NCBI RefSeq assembly: GCF_009914755.1
Contig: NC_060934.1
DNA from: the human T2T-CHM13v2.0 reference genome, Homo sapiens
Reading direction: 5' to 3' (one strand)
Length of the DNA stretch: 64,000 nt
In this document: positions 33,397-48,908 of the stretch, piece by piece
Layout of the letters: every line of letters begins with the position of its first letter
How positions within the stretch are numbered: the first letter of the stretch is position 1
Notes under the pieces: model-generated
The model's input: only the letters and a program-made list of their open reading frames with translations
Databases searched by the model: none
Told to the model about the DNA's origin: nothing
Made by a program: the position numbers and the translations under genes

Positions 33397-36300
33397 AAGC
33401 CATTATTTTTTCAATTTTTTTTTTTCTGCACCGCACTTCTTTTCTTCTGTTACTCATGCACAAATTTAGATCTTTTAGTATTGTCCTATAGGTCTGAGTC
33501 TTTTTTCATTTTTTAAAAAAATCCTTTTTCTGTCCTGCAGATTGGAAAATTTTTATTGATTTATTTTTAAGTATACTGATTAACAGTCTTCTTCATTTTA
33601 CTATTAAGCCCATCTAGTTAGTTTTAAATTTCTAGTTATTGAATTTTTAAATTCTAATATTTTTATTTTATCTTCTTTATCTTCTGTTTCTTTGCTGAGT
33701 CTTTTCACTTTTTCTAGCTGTCTGAAGAGTCCTAGTAGTTTGTGGTTCCCTGGAGCTCTCCGCCTTGGTAATCCAGCCAGAGAACTGGGGCTTTATTTTC
33801 TCAGCTCTGCACATACTTCCTGTGACTGTAACCATGTCTGGGTCTAAGTAGTAGGCAGATACTCTTCTCTTGCTTTTTTCTTTCTTGTGTTTTAGTCAAA
33901 TTATTTTACCTCTTATTATAACTTTGTTTATTATTATTTACCAACACTTTATATGCAAATTGTAGATTATTCAGATTGTATCTTCTACCAGAGTGTTCAC
34001 TCTTTTCTGTATGAGGCTGATACGGAGTGAGGGGAGAGCTTATTACCTTAATAAAAATTAAGGGTTAAGCTAGGTCAAAGTTGATTTTTCAGTGTTGACA
34101 GTTCAGTTGAGCCTGTTTGCTTCTGTTCCTAGAGCCTGAACCTCTAGGACTTTTAATTGATACCAGTGGTCTCTGCTCTGAAACAGTCCACCAGAATGAG
34201 GGTACCAAACTGACCTCAGAGGTTTCCAGGTTAATGCAGAGGTTTCTAGCTTAATTTCTTTCTGCCTTCAAAATTTGGCAATTATGTCAAAGGGGAAAAT
34301 GATCTTTTGTTTTAGGTTTTCAGTTTCCAATGTTACTACTTCAGCCTTATGTAATTGCTAAAATCCCTACTGTTTTCCCCCTATTGCCCCCTTCCTTATC
34401 ATTATCTTCTGCTAAGCACAAAGTGTGAATTTTCAGGTTCCACATGTAACCAGTATAAGTATATCCTTCCCCCCAAACCCCAGTGGAAATGTGCCACGGA
34501 TCCTTATTTTTATTCTCCACTCCTTCTAGGGCTTTCATTTCTTGCCTATTATGTTTTTAGTTGCTCTTTTCTTGTTCTGTCTTTGTAAGCACAGCTAGAG
34601 TCAGAGAACTTTCTGCTTTTGGAACTATTTTGGTTAACCTCTTTAACTTAGCATTCAGTTTCAGAATTCAGCAAATGTGTTTTGGGGCAAACTAGCTGTG
34701 TGTTTTAGGTTTGGGAAATGTCAAATTTTGTTTCTCTGTCTTCATGCTTCTGGCTGCAAATGTTGGCAGGTGGAACAAAAAGCTGCCAGTTCTGGCCTGC
34801 CCCTGTGAACAGGTCTCACCTCTCCGGAAATTTATCCACTTTGTCCTTGTTGCTTCAGAGCTCTTTGGTACCATTAACAATGTGACTTATGATTTATATG
34901 GCCTTCCTAGGTGTCATCAGTAGGAATGTTGGCTGTGATGCAGTATATGCTACCCAGAATCGGAAGTTCCATATATTATGTTTTGATAAGAGATTTTAGG
35001 TGTTTGAGTATTTCTGATGAGTGACATTTTTTGAAGTTTGCTAGAGAGAAATAATTAGCTAGTTATTGCTTAACTACTCTCTCTCCATATCTATTACATA
35101 TGTTTCTGGAATATTTCTATGGTCAGAGAAACTCAGGCCCATTATAAACCATGGACTCTGGTAGAAATAGCAGCTGAAAGCAAACCAGTAAGGGAGGTGG
35201 AGTGTATAATTTGTGTTTTGGAAGTACCTGCCGGTGGACTTGGGGGTGATGCTCTAGGTTTACCATGAGATTACTCATCTAATTTTGAGAACCACTGTCC
35301 TGCAGTATTTTTCTTTTGCTTACATATGACTTTTTCTTTTTATGATTTAAAACTAAATGTCAACCAGTTACTATTTAATGAAAATCATAAATTGGTTTAG
35401 TGAAATTTTGTTGTGTTCTTACAATGGGTAGAAACCTAATGCACTTATCATGCATCTAAATTTAGGAATAATTCATTTTATTTTAATCATCTATACTTAT
35501 ATACAAAATGCTTTTCAGCAGTATATTTGATTATCTTAGGTACAATGATCTTCATGTTCAGAGTTATAAATGGGAATAATTAAACCTTTAAACATATTAG
35601 AGTTGAATAAGGGCTTATCTAAGCAATACATGCTTAAAATTGCTTTCTTATCAAAAAAATAAAATTGGAGGTTCAAGAAGTGTCTTTAAATTACAATCCT
35701 TATGAACTAATAGCTTAACCTTAGTTTTGAATAACTGTTACTTTTTCCGTCTTTTAAAAAGATGCTTAAAAATAAACGCATGTCGAAAATGTTATTTTGG
35801 CTTTTAGCAAACTGACATTTGAGTTTTTTAAAACCTCACTAAACATTTGTGGTAAAAGATTTCAAAGCTTTGAATTTTACAATTTGCCTGTCGATTCCCC
35901 CCCTGTGTTATTCTATTAACATTTGATCTTAATAAGTATAACCTGTTTAGAATGACTTATGTTTTTAATTATTTGTTTAGATGAGAAGTTTAAGGAATAA
36001 CTTCATCAGAAATTCTACTTGGCAGTTATGAATGCTTTCTTAAGGAAGTTAAATTTTTGGAATTTCACTGTAAAGATTTTAATCACATGTCCTATTCTTC
36101 ATACATCAATCTATAAATGTTCAAAAATTGTTAATGTTGTTTTTATGCTGTGCTGATGTTAACACAACGTGAGGTCTTCTTTCTTCTCCTGATAATATGC
36201 TGAGCGCACACACACTCTCATATGCTCACTCGCTCTCTCTCTCTCTCCTTCCCTCCCACCCCTGAGTTTGAAATAAGTTAGTGGCTTTAGTTTCTTTGAA

Positions 36301-38699
36301 AATGGAAAGCAATTGCCCTTAGGTAGAACTGGAAATTGTAAAGTGTTGGTTTTGTGGACATTTTCCTGTTCATAATTCTTGTTATATCTTATTTATAAGT
36401 ACTTTTATTCATATAGGAATAAATGATTCTATGTTGAAGGGTATAATCATGAAGTCTTTTTTATTTTTTCGTGTTAGATAAGGAGAAAAATGACACATTA
36501 AAAATTACAGTGCTATTTGTGTTTTAAAATTTCTTCTGTCGCTTTTGTATTCCTTATTGTTCTCTTCACTTTTTCTGTTGTTTTTCTAGCTTTTCAGGAT
36601 ACATTTTCTAAATGCATCCTAAATATAACTTACAATAGTTGCCTTTTATTTAAAAGTAATACATTTAGTTTCCAACCACAAAGTGTTTAATTCTACATAT
36701 TTCTATTTTTATTTTACATGATCTTAATATATCCTTGATTACTGTGTTGATCTTCTAGTTTTTAGGCTGCCACTTATACCATCAAAAGCCATTTAAACTG
36801 GACTTAGAGGATAATGAATCTAAATTTTCTTATCTTCCTCAAAACAACAGATACAATTAAAGTCACAAATAAGCTGTACCTTCAGAATTGCTAGGAGACA
36901 GAACATAGTAAGAATTCAAATCTCTTATAAGCAGAGTTATAAACATCATATTCCAATATTGATTCTGCTGCTTTGTCTGTACATTTGGAGAGCAGAGGTA
37001 GCAGGGAGGTTTAAGAGACTGAAAAAAGGGAGAGGGTTGTATGAAGTGTAGATCAGTAACAAACACCATCACTCTTGAAAAGAAAAAGTCCAACAGAGGT
37101 CCTAGACCTGTGTTTTAGACAGGTGGGAGGACAGTAAATTAATTTTTAAAGACAAAATAATTATATTGAATGAATTTATTGATCATTTTGTTGAACAGTT
37201 AGTATAAGGACATCCCGTATTATATTTCAGCTTTCATAAACTATAAGTGTTTATGTCTTATATTTTGTGTTCTTTCAACTTTATCTTAATTTGCTTCTGT
37301 TATTTTTAATGCCATTTTTGTACATTTGTTTAATATTACTATATTCATCTTTGTTGTAATTTTTTCCTGTAATAATGTAACATAAATAATTATAATATTA
37401 CAAAGTTTATTAAATTTCTTCCAATGATAATTAATATAGTAGGCTTGTGGTGGAAAAATGGATCAGGTACTGTCCTTCCAATTCTGTCAGGCTTTTGATT
37501 GAGGTGTTTATATGGCCACCCCGTTCAGACAAAGAATGTCAACCAAAAGGAGAAAGTAAGAAGGAATCTATAAATTACTAAAATTCCCATACTTTATTTC
37601 CTATGGAAAAAGTCATGTAAGGAAAATATATAGAAGTTTCCCGTAAAATGTAATAATATCATAAACTCTTTCATCCTTAAACACCTGTTAGTCTTGCCAC
37701 AGCACAATCAGTTCCCTAAAGATAAATATTTCTTGGTTTGTTAGTTGGCTACTTAGGAGTTCCTTTTCCTTCTTATGAGTTTTCTTCTCTCCTGTATTTC
37801 TTTTCTAACACCATCCAACTGGTTATCCAAACTAGCAACCTCAGAATTTTCATCCCTCTTCCACATCTTACATTTCTTTATCACATCCTGTGTCTTCAAC
37901 TTCGGAATGATTCCTTACTTTGGTCTCGTCTCTCTATCCTGTCTTTCGTATGAGCTATTCTAAAGGCAGGTGGTCTGCTTCTCTTTACTCTGTCCAGTGT
38001 TATCATCATTTTTAAAAAGTCTGCTTTTCACACTGTTGCTAAATAGAGTTTAATAATTTCTAGTAGCCTTCAGAATAATGTCTACACTTATTAGCCTGAT
38101 AGTTACCTTTTCTTTGTCAGTTTTTACTACTTTGATTTTGACCTGCATTTTAGTCTGTGTTTAACTGGTTTTTCTGAATACGTCATGTTTATTGTTTTAG
38201 CCTCAACCCTGAATTTTTTTTTTCTCCCTTAAGTGTCAAATTTCAATTCAGATGTTAAACTTTCCCTGCCTTTTTCATTCAGAATCACTTCTTTCTTTGC
38301 TCTTGTTTTTTATTCAGCTTTGTTCTATATATGGTTCTTTAAAAATAATTGTATGGAAAATTGCTATGTTCTTTTATTATAAAATGAAGTTGATTTTTCA
38401 TTACAAAACAGTTTATATGCTTATTGCACAATCTAAACAGATGTATAAAAGAGCCATAATTGTTCCTAATTTGGCGATAACTACTGTTAATACCTTGGTT
38501 GTATTCTTCCAGGTTCTTTTCAGTAGACATGTATATTGGGTAATTTTGTTTACACAAAAAGATTACATTGTGCATCAGTTTTCATAAATTAGCACTTCTC
38601 ATTTGAAATAACATGGAAAATACCTATCAATAGATGTAAATCTATTTTAAATCTGTAACATTTAAAAATGTTTAACACTTAAGTAGAAGCAACACATAC

Positions 38700-39655
38700 A
38701 CATAGTAAAACTACATCAAGGTGGAAAATTAAACGCTTATTTGAAGACTTCTAATTTTGGGAAATTGACTAATTCTGCTATTCTTCAGGATTTCTCAGGC
38801 CAAAATTCAGAACAAGACTAAATTTGCCCATTTCCACCTACTATTATTTATTCTTTCTTTATATTATGCTAGAGCTTGTAGGCTCTGTACTAACACAAGA
38901 AAGGGGAAGAAAAAAATTGTCCTTATTCACAAATGATAATTATGTTTAATTTATTAAAAACACATAAATCATTGGAGTTAATTAAATATTAGAAACTTGG
39001 CTGGAAAAAATTGATATAAAGAATGTTTCTAAATATCAGCCACAAATAAAGATTAAACAATATCATAATAGTATTAAAACATAGGAAGTATGAAGTAGTG
39101 ATCAGAATAAAAGATGTGGAGGCTTTGTGGCAAACATTATGAAACTTTGAGAGATACTGTAATCATGGATTAGATGATTTAATATTGGAAATATATCACT
39201 TTTCCCAGCATAGATATAGATAAGTAGTGCAATCACTGTTAAAATCCTAACAAGTTGGGCTGGGCATGGTGGCTCACACCTGTAATACCAGCACTTTGGG
39301 AGTCCGAGGCAGGCAGATCACGAGGTCAAGAGATGGAGACCATCCTGGCCAACATGGTGAAACCCCATCTCTACTAAAAATAGAAAAATTAGCTGGGCAT
39401 GGTGGGATGCGCCTGTAGTCCCAGCTACTTGGGAGGCTGAGGCAGGAGAATCACTTGAACCAGGGAGTCAGAGGATGCAGTGAGCCGAGATCGCGCCAGT
39501 GCACTCCAGCCTGGCAACAGAGCGAGATTCTGTCTCAAAAAAAGAATCCTAACAAGTTGGTTTTTGGAGTTTGACAACTAGTTGTAAATTTATATGGAGT
39601 GCAAAAAACCAAGAACGGCCAAAGCACTCATGAAGAACAACAGGGTAAGGACACT
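38700..39655 (+). mobile_element. Old L1M ORF2 remnants
   Basis: aagactaaatttgcccatttccacc, aattgtccttattcacaaatgat, tgacaactagttgtaaatttatatgg resemble a decayed L1 RT region. Confidence 0.5.
39258..39543 (+). mobile_element. Alu (AluSc)
   Basis: gaggtcaagagatggagaccatcctgg; TSD aatcctaacaagttg. Confidence 0.95.
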
Positions 39656-39659
39656 TGTA

Positions 39660-39722
39660 GATAGAGAGAGTGTGTGTGTGTGTATGTATATATATGTGTG
39701 TATATATATTATATATGAGAGA
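39660..39722. repeat. (GA)(TG)(TA) compound microsatellite
   Basis: Read directly from the sequence. Confidence 0.85.
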
Positions 39723-40000
39723 TAGTTATAAGATACTGGGGTTTCTAAGTCAGTCCAGTGTGTTTTTTCTTAACCTGGGTAGTGGTTACACAGACATTCA
39801 CTTTTTTTTTTTTTTTAGAACAGAAAGTTTCTAAGAATTTATAGCACCAAGACATTCATTTTTTAAAAATTGCACATTTATTTTACTTATCCTAGAGAAA
39901 TTTATAAAAAACAAAAGTAAACTATAAACACCAGTTAAAAAAATCCTTTTATATTAACTCCATAGAGATGCAAATACTGTTAACAGTTAATGTTTTCAGG

Positions 40001-40289
40001 GGCCTGGCTCCATGGCTTGCACCTGTAATCCTAGCACTTTGGGAGGCTGAGGTGGGAGGATCGCCTGAGCTCAGGAGTTCGAGATCTGCTGGGCAACATG
40101 GTGAAGCCTGTCTCTAAAAAAAAAAAAAATACAAAAAAAATTAGCCAAGTGTGGTGGTGCATGCCTGTATTCCCAGCTATTTAGGAGACTGAGGCGGGAG
40201 GATCCCTTGAGCCCAGGAGGTGGAGGCTGCATTGAGCTATGTTTGCACCACTTCACTCCAGCCTGGATGAAAAAGGAAGATTCTGTCTC

Positions 40290-40325
<36 letters not shown>
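40001..40325 (+). mobile_element. Alu (AluJ) with a 35-nt pure A tail
   Basis: TSD agttaatgtttt. Confidence 0.93.
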
Positions 40326-40328
<3 letters not shown>

Positions 40329-42011
40329 AATGTTTTTAGCTTACCATTATAAGTCTAAATAATGAATTTGTGCTTATTTTTAATTAACAAACGTATACAA
40401 TGTCTGTAAACTCTATACTGGAAGATGAAGAATGTAGTGCACTTACACTGTTTTGCCTTTTTATTCTTCCTTATATTTGCTTTAGTTTGATTTTTTATTG
40501 ATTGACTTTATGACTTCAACAATATATTTAAAACCTTTTTAAAAACTTGATTTTTAACATTTGAGATATTTATGGAGTCTTCTCCATGAAAGGGAGAATT
40601 TTGCATGCAATAGTGTATGATGGGCACTTTTAACTTTTTTATGGCTTTCTTTTTCAAAGTCATACACCACTTTACTTTTCTTTTAACCTCATTCCATCTT
40701 TCTTCTGTTTTTTTTGGGGGGGAGAGGTTGGAACATCTCCTTAGTAATTTTTTCCACATAGGAAAAAGGATTATTAAATATTACTTTGCCTTATTAACCT
40801 GATAATTTGAGTACATATTGAAAATTTCTAGTTTCAAAAATTTCCTCCCTTCTCAGCATAGAATACATTACTCCATTATATTTTTAGCATCCGGTATTCT
40901 TTGAGAAGTTAAGTATTAGTCTGATTTTTATTCCTTTTAAGGTAATTATTATTTTTCACATTATATGCTTTAAAGGTTTTATCTTAATATGAGAGATTAA
41001 ACAAGATGTGTCCAAGTATGGGGTCCTAGTCCCTAATCCCTTGTAAAACTGCTTGATGTTTGGAAAAATCTGACCATATTTATGTTTCACCTTTTTTTTT
41101 TCCAACATTTCTCTCTTACTCTTCATAATCTCTATTTTCCCTTTCTGTATTTCCTGTTAAACAGATCTCAGACCACCTAATAAATTCTCTACACCTTTTA
41201 ATTTTTATTTCATATTTTTAATTTCTTATATTTTCTATCTACTTTTTTGGTCTTTTTAAAAATTTCAACTTTTCTATTTTTATCTTAGTTTTTACCCATG
41301 CATATTTTGATTGCTCAGGTAATCCATCCAACTATTGATTTTTCAAAAATTTTTCAATAATTGTTAGTGTACAGAAACTGTGTCATTCTCTAGCTGCATC
41401 TTTTCATATAATTAGGTCTGTTTGTGGCATCTTTCTTTCCTTGCTTTACAGGCAGTACTGTTATACTTTTGTTTATTTTTATACATAAAACATATTTTTT
41501 GACGTTTAGTAAGATGTGGAAGAGGAAATGAACATATACTTCATCTCTTTTGAAGTGTAAGGTCTTATAATTTTCATACTTCTTGAACTGATTCCAAGGG
41601 TAACATTAAGTGAAATTTTGTTTAGTTTCTATAGAAAACTCTGTTAGTTGTCTGGAATGAGGAGAAATACATGCTGATTTCTGTATGTTTGTAGTAACAA
41701 GTGATTCTGAGACTGGGATTCTGATTTTGACTTAACCAGTTTGCCACGTGACCTCCATTTGGCAATCTATTAATTATTACTTTTACTTTCTGTTTAGTTT
41801 AATGGCCAATTATGGACAGTCTGTTTTAAATTCTTAAATTCTTATAGTTGTACACTTATGGAAAACATTTCTTAAATGTGGAAATTTAGTATTTTTGTTA
41901 TAAGATATTTCAATTCATTTATTCAACATACTTAAACAATAAAAACATTTTACTATTTGTGTTTTAATACTCTTCTGCTCAGAAAAGTTTACTTTGTTGC
42001 AACTCACAGAA

Positions 42012-42132
<121 letters not shown>

Positions 42133-43336
42133 TAATTATTTTAAAAGTTAAAAGGATTCAAAATGATTCTAGACCCATGTCTATTTTGCATAATTGTTTC
42201 CTTTTATATTGTGTTGCTGTAGAATAGTTTTGTTCATTTGAATTGGGATTTTAGTAGTCATTGCACATCTAATCAAAAGTTATTTTAATTGGTATTTCTT
42301 TGGTTATTGGTAAGCTTGAACTTTTAATGTTTATTGTTCATTTGTGTTTCTTCTTAAATTGTTTCCTTTCACTATCATTTTATAATTTTTCATGTTACAG
42401 ATTTGTAGAAACTTCATATTTTATAGATAGTATTCCTTTTTATTTTATAAGTTGAAAGTATTTATTTTTTGTTATGTGTACATTAACTCTTACAGTGTCT
42501 TTTACTGTGCCTTAGTTCTTAATGTAACTTTCAAAGTTTTTAACGTAATTAAACTTTATGGCTTCTTCATTTCCTGCATGTCCCCCTTACGAAGGACGTT
42601 TCTGCCACAAGATAGTAGAAATTGCTCTGTATTATATATAGATATCTATATACATAAATGTACATTCATATATTCATACCTAAATATCTATGTATAGACA
42701 TATATGTTGGTAGATATGTATATGCATCTATATATCTATACCGGTGTATATCTTTTATAAATCTATATATCTGTCTCTATTCCCATATCTTCCAATGAGT
42801 AATTGAATAAACCCATTAGGCATATACTCTTTGAGTTACCAGCTTAACCTAATCTTGATTGAGAGAGTTAGTGATCTGTTTAATCTTCCAGCTTTGAAAG
42901 ATATGAACAAGTTTTACATACCTCTGGTTCTTACCTCTGCAGTTTGAAGTTAACTCAAAATTCTGCTCATTGCAATCATGTGTCAGTTCTGCTACACTAG
43001 ATTTCTTTTTCTTTTTTATTGATTAATGCTTTCCCCTTGAATTCTGATTAACTTCAAGAACTGGGGAAGTGGAAAATTGACAAATAAAATCCAGAATGAT
43101 TTCTTTTCAAGTAACTCTTAGTTGATTGAGACATATAGTATGATTATTCCACATACTTCCAAGCTCAGATTTAATCATAGTTTTCAAATATTTTGTAAAA
43201 ATGAATCTTTAAGGCGGTCATTAATATGAAGTGGCCTGAGTCTTTGTATTGGTCAATTGATTTGTATTGTTTTTGGTAAAACATCCTGGTGGTCACTTTA
43301 TGAACTTCCAGAGTAATAGAAAAAGGATGATTTACG

Positions 43337-43666
<330 letters not shown>

Positions 43667-43726
43667 TTATCAAGGCACGTTTTGCATTTTGCAGTTTTCA
43701 GTCTTTTCTCCTGCTAGAACTGGGGG

Positions 43727-44105
43727 TGATATGGTTAGGCTTTGTGTCCCCACCCAAATCTAATCTTGAATTGTAATCTGTATAATCCCCACATGCCAAG
43801 GAAGAGACCAGGTGGAGGTAATTGAGTCATGGGTGCAGTTTCCTTCATGCTATTCTCCTGATAGTGAGTGAGTTCTCACAAGATCTGATGGCTTTATAAG
43901 GGGCTCTTACCCCTTTGCTCAGCATTTCCCATTCTTGCTGCCTTGTAAAGAAGATGCCTTTCTTCTCCTTTGCCTTCTGCCATGATTATAAGTTTTCAGA
44001 GGCCTTTCCAGACATGCTGAACTGTGAGTCAACTAAAACTTTTTTCTTTATAAATTACCCAGTCTCAGGCAGTTCTTTACAGTAGTGTGAAAATGAACTA
44101 ATACC
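43727..44105 (+). mobile_element. THE1 (ERVL-MaLR) solo LTR
   Basis: tgatatggttaggctttgtgtccccacccaaatc ... tataaattacccagtctcagg..aactaatac; 5-bp TSD ggggg/gggag. Confidence 0.9.
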
Positions 44106-44825
44106 GGGAGGCTATTAGCTGTTCACTAATAAATTGTCTCCTTTCTTGGGGATCTTCATCAGTTTCTGCCTTCTAAAAGTTTATTAATTATATAATTAAG
44201 TTCTCCCTCAGCTTTCTCCCTGATATTAGTCTCATAATAAAACAGTCATTGCCTACTTTTATTCTTTTGCACTTTTTTTTTACAATATTTCACATTCATT
44301 CTAACAACGTATTCTAGTAGTGGTTTATTTGTTCCTGTCTTTAGCAAGGTAATAAAAGGAATTTGAAGCTTTGGGTAACTTATTCTGTCAGATCTTACTA
44401 GTAATCATACTTTCATGTATCAAGTGATATGGCAAATTATGTCAACAAGAAAATGTCCCCAAAGCTCTTAGGTATTTTGATATGTCAAATCATGTTTTTG
44501 AAGATTTTAATGAAACCATAGGCAACAAAAACAAGTATGGTTGATATCTTGTCCAAACACAATTCTAGATTTATTTGATACACAGCACAAATGTAAATTT
44601 TGGTAAATTTCATTTGGTCTGAACTTCTTCCTAATGAAAGTGAAAAGTTCTTATCTGCTCAATATCCTGCACAGCATGTATATAACACTGCTAAAAAGGG
44701 GTATAACTTGCTTAAGTTTGATAATTGATGCTTTCTTAATGAACACTTTTGGTTACTTTGTCAGTTTTTAAAAAATTTGTAGAAGCACTTAATGTGAGTT
44801 TTGACTTGAAAGAAATGGAAAAACG

Positions 44826-44958
44826 TTGGCATTGTGACTCATGCCTGTAATCCCAGCATTTTGAGAGGCTAAGTTAGGAGAATCGCTTGAGTCCAGTAGT
44901 TTGAGATCAGCCTGGACAACATAGTGAGACCCTGTCTCTAGGAAAAAAAAAAAAAAAA
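44826..44958 (+). mobile_element. FLAM-type Alu monomer
   Basis: TSD aaagaaatggaa. Confidence 0.88.
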
Positions 44959-45103
44959 GAAATGGAAGAAAATGACTTCCTTGGATATGTGCCTAAAAGA
45001 TGGCTATTATTGTTGCTGGACATAGATGCCCTGCAGTACAATATTAACAAAATATGGGACCAAAGGAATGCCCATCTCTGATTTGGCAGTACATTGAGAA
45101 TGA

Positions 45104-45457
<354 letters not shown>

Positions 45458-45537
45458 TGTTTCTGTTTTTGAAGAGGCCACAAGTGGGCTAGAAAAAACA
45501 CATACCAAAAAAATACTCAAATAATTTTATTTGTTCA

Positions 45538-45838
45538 TTATTTATTAATTTTTTTGAGACAGAATCTCTTGCTCTGTTGCCTAGACTGGAATGTAGTGGT
45601 GTGATCATAGCTCACTCCAGCCTTGAACTGCTGCGCTCACAGGGTCCTCCTTCCTCCATCTCCACCTCCATCTCCTAGGACTACAGGCACACCCTACCAT
45701 ACCTGGCTAATTTATTTGTTGTAGAGACAGGGTCTCTGTGTGTTGCTCAGATTGGTCTTGAACTTTTGGCCTCAAGTGATTCTCCTGTGTTGGCCTCCCA
45801 AAGTGCGAGGATTACAGGTGCGAACCATTTTACCTGGC
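45538..45838 (-). mobile_element. Alu (AluJ)
   Basis: Diverged antisense dimer. Confidence 0.88.
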
Positions 45839-46610
45839 TCAAATGGCTCATTTTTATATATTAAGAGTGCTTCAGAACTCAAGTAAAAAAGTCACAGAAA
45901 AGAGCAATGAGGTTAAATAAAACTTTTTTTCAGTTTCTTTACTAAAACTGTAACTTACTTGGAATCCAGTTTTGACATCAGAAATTCAAATTCAGGTGTT
46001 TTAAAACCATTTCTGCAAGAAAGAAATTTAAGTTAGGATGATAGCCAATGTCTTTCAGAGTGTTTTAAAGTGATGGACATTTTGAACATTGATAAGCCTA
46101 TATAATGAATCTGTAAACACAAGGGATATGATTCATAAAGAGCTGGAATGCCAAAACCTGCATTTAGCTAAAAGATAGATGGATATTTTTATAGAACTAT
46201 AAACTAATTCCTATATCTAAACACCTATTATTGATAGTAATTAAAATCCTAAGTATTCTATGTTTACATGCTTTTGTTGAGAGGATATTTAGCTTAATGT
46301 CATTGCACTGGACTGACATCAAGAATGTGGGCTTGATGCATCAGAGGTATAAGTCACAGTGAATTTTACCTTTGACTGTATTACGTTTTAACCACACATA
46401 CAAGAAGGATTGACCTAATGGCTCTAGTCAAGTATAGAAAGGAAACATAAAAGTAAAAATATTTTATTATTTCTTAGGCAAAAAGAAGCATGCCTTTATT
46501 CTTTTTAATTAAATATTGGTAAAATGTTTAATCCAACTGTGGTTACGTTATTTTTTAAAAAAGTGTGATAGAAATAAACAACAGAATAATATATGATTTT
46601 GAATAAGTTC

Positions 46611-47021
46611 AATATTAGTTTGCTAGGGCAGTCTTAACAATTTCAGAGACTAGGTGGCTTAAACAACAAAGATTTATTTTCTCACAGTGTTGGAGTCCCA
46701 GATCAAAGTGTTGACACCTTGATTCCTTCAGAGGCCTCGCTTCTTAGCCTGCAGATGGCTACCCTCTTTCTGCCTCTTTGCGTGGTGGTTTCTGTGTACA
46801 TATGTACCTCTGGAGTGTCTCTGTGTGTCCTAATGTCTTCTTATAAGGACACCAGTCAGATTGGATTAAGGCCTACTTTACTGCCCTCATTAATTTAATT
46901 ACCTTGTTAAAGACCCTATCTTCAAATGTAGTCACATTGTGAGATACTGGGGTTTAGGGCTTCAACATATGCATAGTGGCAGGAGGGTCTGTGGAGGGGT
47001 GTTTATAATTCAGCTGATAAC
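46611..47021 (-). mobile_element. MLT1A-type solo LTR
   Basis: ttagtttgctagggc..gtggcttaaacaacaaagatttatt..tcttataaggacaccagtcagattggattaagg..gtcacattgtgagatactgggg..ataaca. Confidence 0.85.
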
Positions 47022-47109
47022 AACTATGTGTTTTTAAATTTTTGTGTCTAAGTAATAAAACATGAATAAGTTAATTTTTGGTAGTGTTCTTTTTTGATAC
47101 CTTCTTCCT

Positions 47110-48000
47110 TTTCTTTCCTGTATATGTTTTAGTTACTTTTATTATTTACCATTTGAATTACAATGAACATTCTAAACTCATAACAACCTAATTTGAATAA
47201 TACCAATGTAGTTTCAATAATATACAAACACTCTGCTCCTTTACATCTCCATCCTCTTCTTATATATTATTATGCTCATTGATTACGTCTTTATATATTG
47301 CATGCCCATTAACATAGATTTGTAACTATTCTTTTATTCATTTGTCTTTTAAATCATATAAAAATAAAAGGAATTACAAACCAAAAGTTCAGTGATAGTG
47401 GCATTTATATTTACTATGTAGCTACTTTTACCAGAGTTCTTTACTTCTTCATATGGCTTCTGGTTACTATCAAATGTCCTTTCATTTCAGCCTGAAGGAC
47501 TCTCTTTAGCATTTTGTGTAGGGCAGGTCTATTGTTAACAAACTGTCTTAGCTTGTGTTTATCTGGGAATGTCTTAAATAGCCCCTTTATTATAGGATAG
47601 TTTTGTTGGATATAGAATTCTTGGTTAACGGTGCTTTTCTTTTAGTATGTTAAATATGTCAACTCACTGCTTTTTGGCCTACATGGTTTCTGATGAGAAT
47701 TAGTTCTTATTCTTACTGAGAATCCTGACTTGTGACCAGTTGCTTTTCTCTCACTGATTTCAAAATTCTTTCCTTGTCTTTGTCTTTCAGCAGTTTGACT
47801 ATAATGTGTCTTGGTGTGAATCTTTTTGTGTTTATCATGTTTAGAGCTTATTAAATTCATGCTTCAAGTTCATGCTTGGATGTGTAGATTCATTCATTTT
47901 ATGAAAGTCAGGAAGTTTTGGACCATTATATCTTCAAAAATTTTTTTCTTTTATTTTCTCTTTGTTTTCCTTCTGGCATTCTCATAATTAATATGTTGGT
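47110..48000 (-). mobile_element. L1M fragment (ORF1 / inter-ORF region)
   Basis: ctctctttagcatttt, tgtttatctgggaatgtc, ttggatatagaattcttgg, cagtttgactataatgtgtcttgg. Confidence 0.75.
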
Positions 48001-48657
48001 CTGCGGTGATTGTTTAGTGATAAGGATTCTGATTAAATAAGATAGAAAAAAACACCATGGTGAGTAAGCAAAGCAGAAATAGAACCCCACTGTTTTAACT
48101 AGTAACCTCAGCTTGCTTTTTTTACCGGAGATTTTTCTCTCATCCTGAGAAAACTTCAATTTTTACTTCTCTAAATGTTAGAGATTTTGAGTAGTGTTTC
48201 ACATGCTTTCTTCACTTCTTACTGTCTTCTTCAATTTGGGAGTAATTGTAGGTTGTCAGAGAGAGTGTCGAATATGCATCACTTTAAATACAGTTATCAG
48301 TAAATGGACTCTTTCATTCATGCTTCCCAGAGATGACAGTTTTCCTTGGTGCCTAGATACCTTTTTGTTCCTTGGAGATTCATAGTATTATGTGACTCAT
48401 TGAATTTTTCAGAAGCCTGATGGTGAGCTTCGTGAGGTATTTCTATTTAAGTTGTAAGTTCGCTTGTTTTTAAGCTTCCTGCAATTTAACTTACCTATAG
48501 TATTTTTAAATTTATTTTAAAAATGCCATCTTGGGGTATATTCTAGGCATCTCAAAAATTTTAAATACCATCTTATCCTTTGTTAACTGGAATATAAGCA
48601 GGTAATCATTTGAATCATTTTTTTTCCTGTAATTATTATAACATTGAGGCTATATGG

Positions 48658-48908
48658 ATTTTTTTTTCTTTTTTTAATTTGAGGCAGAGTCTTGCTCTGT
48701 CACCCAGGCTGGAGTGCAGTGGTGCGATCACAGCTCACTGCATCCTTGACCTCCTGGGCTCAAGGAATTCTCCTGCCTCAGCCTCCTGAGTAGTTGGGAC
48801 TATAGGTGCACACCACCACACCCACCTTATTTTTAACTTTTTTGTAGAGATTGGGTTTTGCCATATTAACCGGGCTGGTCTTGAACTCCTGGGCTCAAAT
48901 GATCCTCA
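48658..48908 (-). mobile_element. Alu (AluJ), 5' truncated
   Basis: gatcacagctcactgcatccttgacctcctgggctc. Confidence 0.9.
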
